NCBI RefSeq assembly: GCF_006345805.1
Contig: NC_043010.1
Coordinates: 65,596,001-65,660,000 of the forward strand
Direction: 5' to 3'
Origin: Octopus sinensis
Taxonomy: Eukaryota
DNA: 64,000 nucleotides
This document shows, one piece after another, positions 61,421 through 64,000 of the stretch (the first letter of the stretch is position 1; every line of letters starts with the position of its first letter). Made by a program: the position numbers and the translations under genes. The notes beneath the pieces were generated by a model. The model was not told where the DNA came from. It did no database searches and saw nothing but the letters and a program-made list of their open reading frames with translations.

Positions 61421-62835
61421 TAGGCGCAGTAGTGGCTGTGTGGTAAGTAGCTTGTCAAACAACCACATGGTTCCGGGTTCAGTCCCACTGCGTGGCACCT
61501 TGGGCAAGTGCCTTCTACTATAGCCCCGGGCCAACCAAAACCTTGTGAGTGGATTTGGGAGATGGAAACTGAGAGAAGCCCGTCATATATATGTATATAT
61601 ATATATGTATATATATAGGCATAGGAGTGGCTGTGCGGTAAGTAGCTTGTTTACCAACCACATGGTTTCGGGTTCAGTCCCACTGTGTGGCACCTTGGGC
61701 AAGTGCCTTCTATTATAGCCCCGGGCCGACCAAAGCCTTGTGAGGGGATTTGGGAGACGGAAACTGAGAGAAGCCCGTCGTATATATGTATATATATATG
61801 TATATATATAGGCATAGGAGTGGCTGTGCGGTAAGTAGCTTGTTTACCAACCACATGGTTTCGGGTTCAGTCCCACTGTGTGGCACCTTGGGCAAGTGCC
61901 TTCTATTATAGCCCCGGGCCGACCAAAGCCTTGTGAGGGGATTTGGGAGACGGAAACTGAGAGAAGCCCGTCGTATATATGTATATATATATATGTATAT
62001 ATATAGGCGTAGGAGTGGCTGTGCGGTAAGTAGCTTGTTTACCAACCACATGGTTCCGGGTTCAGTCCCACTGCGTGGCAAGTGGCAAGTGCCAAGTGCC
62101 TTGGGCAAGTGCCTTCTACTATAGCCCCGGGCCGACCAAAGCCTTGTGAGTGGATTTGGGAGATGGAAACTGAGAGAAGCCCGTCATATATATGTATATA
62201 TATAGGCGTAGGAGTGGCTGTGCGGTAAGTAGCTTGTTTACCAACCACATGGTTTCGGGTTCAGTCCCACTGCGTGGCACCTTGGGCAAGTGTCTTCTAC
62301 TATAGCGTCGGGCCGACCAAAGCCTTGTGAGTGTATTTGGTAGATGGAAACTGAAAGAAGCCCGTCGTATATATGTATATATATATATATATGCGTTTGT
62401 GTGTCTGTGTCTGTCTTCCTAGCATTGCTTGACAACCGATGCTGGTGTGCTTATGTCCCCGTTACTTAGTGGTTCGGCAAAAGAGACCGATAGAATAAGT
62501 ACTGGGCTTACAAAGAATAAGTCCCGGGGTCGAGTTGCTCGATTAAAGACGGTGCTCCAGCATGGCCACAGTCAAATGACTGAAACAACTAAAAGAGAAA
62601 AGATATATATATATATATGTGCGTGTTTGTGTGTCTGTGTCTGTCCCCTAGCATTACTTGACAACCGATGCTGGTGTGCTTATGTCCCCGTTACTTAGCG
62701 GTTCGGCAAAAGAGACCGATAGAATAAGTACTGGGCTTACAAAGAATAAGTCCCGGGGTCGAGTTGCTCGATTAAAGGCGGTGCTCCAGCATGGCCACAG
62801 TCAAATGACTGAAACAAGTAAAAGTGTAAAAGAGT
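61421..62835 (+). mobile_element. Type B SINE expanded as (5' half)x5 + (3' half)x2
   Basis: 5' halves at 61421, 61616, 61809, 62004, 62203; 3' halves with a 229-bp period; junctions lie in (TA)/(TG) tracts. Confidence 0.88.
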
Positions 62836-63009
62836 ATACCTCAATAACATAGACACCTCTAGTTGAATTGAATGGTATATAATTCCCTTTGGAAAATAAA
62901 TAATTTCCAATATATTAAAATTGTTTTATTCAGCATTGACTAAACATTTTCCAAAAGACAGTAAATGCTATAGAATTTTTAATAAACATAAGTGAAACCA
63001 TAACCCGGG

Positions 63010-63377
63010 ATGATGTGCCAGTCCACTTATGCGTACTTTTCCTTCTGGGGACACAAAACTCTACTTGTGAAGACCTGTTGAGGCAAGTGAGAATCGAAAT
63101 CGATCAACATCAATGGAAATTGCAGCTGAGATACCAGTGCCGGTGGCACGTAAGAGAACCATCTGAACGTGGCTGTTTGCCAGCCTCGTCTGGCACATAA
63201 AAAGCACCCACTACACTCACAGAGTGGTTGGCGTTAGGAAGGGCATCCAGCCGTAGAAACACTGCCAGATCAGACTGGGCCTGGTGCAGCTTTCTGGCTT
63301 CCCAGACCCCAGTTGAACCATCCAACCCATGCTAGCATGGAAAGCGGACGCTAAACGAGGATGATGATGATGATGAT
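63010..63377 (+). mobile_element. RTE LINE 3' UTR copy (same family as 1731-2690)
   Basis: Collinear with the 3' UTR of the 1731-2690 copy; ends gctaaacgaggatgatgatg. Confidence 0.85.
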
Positions 63378-63863
63378 AGAGTTAAATTAGCTTTTTCTAT
63401 TAGCAAAAATCAAACACAAAATGTAGCAACACACAACACTAGTAAATTTACCAGTTTCCATATGAACAATAGCAATTATAGTAACCAGAATTATAACTAT
63501 AGATCAATAAATAGCAACAATGTCAACACGAGCAAACAAACCATAAGTAACACAACTAGGTATCAAGATAAGAAGTATAGTTTGACAACCAATGAAATAG
63601 AAGAGACCCAAGTGAACTCATCTGTTGGCCTGGAAGTAGATGTGGATCCTAAAATAACAGTACTCAGAATGTTGTCAATGTGCAAAAGGCTAATGGCTTA
63701 GAAGATAGACAGGTGACTATAAAAATCACATACGGATACTATTAATAGAAGTATTGCATGTATTCTCAGATTACACATGCAAATTCACAGGTAAAATATG
63801 TATTTAAATAAATAAATAAATAAATTCATGAATGCATGTTGTTTTCACAGCGATGATGCAGAA

Positions 63864-63864
<1 letters not shown>

Positions 63865-63897
<33 letters not shown>

Positions 63898-64000
63898 GTT
63901 ATTATTATTATTATTATTATTGTTATTATTATTATATTATATTATTATTATTATTATTATTGTTATTATTATTATTATTATTATATATTATTATTATTTT
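63865..64000. repeat. (ATT)n microsatellite
   Basis: Direct reading. Confidence 0.95.

Overview
Eukaryotic, AT-rich, repeat-dense genomic window. The repeat families point to a coleoid cephalopod, most likely Octopus (inference from SINE/LINE content, not a database match). It holds two intron-containing housekeeping genes, both on the + strand. (1) UFD1 (p97/VCP cofactor): 11 coding exons between 789 and 21479. The ATG exon lies upstream of the window, and one intron is minor-spliceosome (U12) type (6812-8679). (2) cutC copper homeostasis homolog: 8 coding exons, 30760-53521, 249 aa. The rest is mostly repeats: tRNA-derived SINEs (four head types), RTE, CR1-like and R4/Dong LINE fragments, Penelope-like ends with hammerhead-like motifs, mariner and DD37D (maT) fossils, a Helitron 3' end, TTAA (piggyBac-type) and TA (Tc1-type) MITEs, satellites and microsatellites. 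Almost all ORFs in the supplied track are repeat-derived noise. No prokaryotic features or CRISPR arrays were seen. The most notable observations are heterogeneous SINE concatemers enclosed by a single target-site duplication, a dimeric MITE with a fixed spacer found at two loci, several long intronic hairpins or inverted pairs (candidate ADAR/dsRNA substrates), the U12 intron, and minimal hammerhead motifs. All alignments and counts were done by eye.
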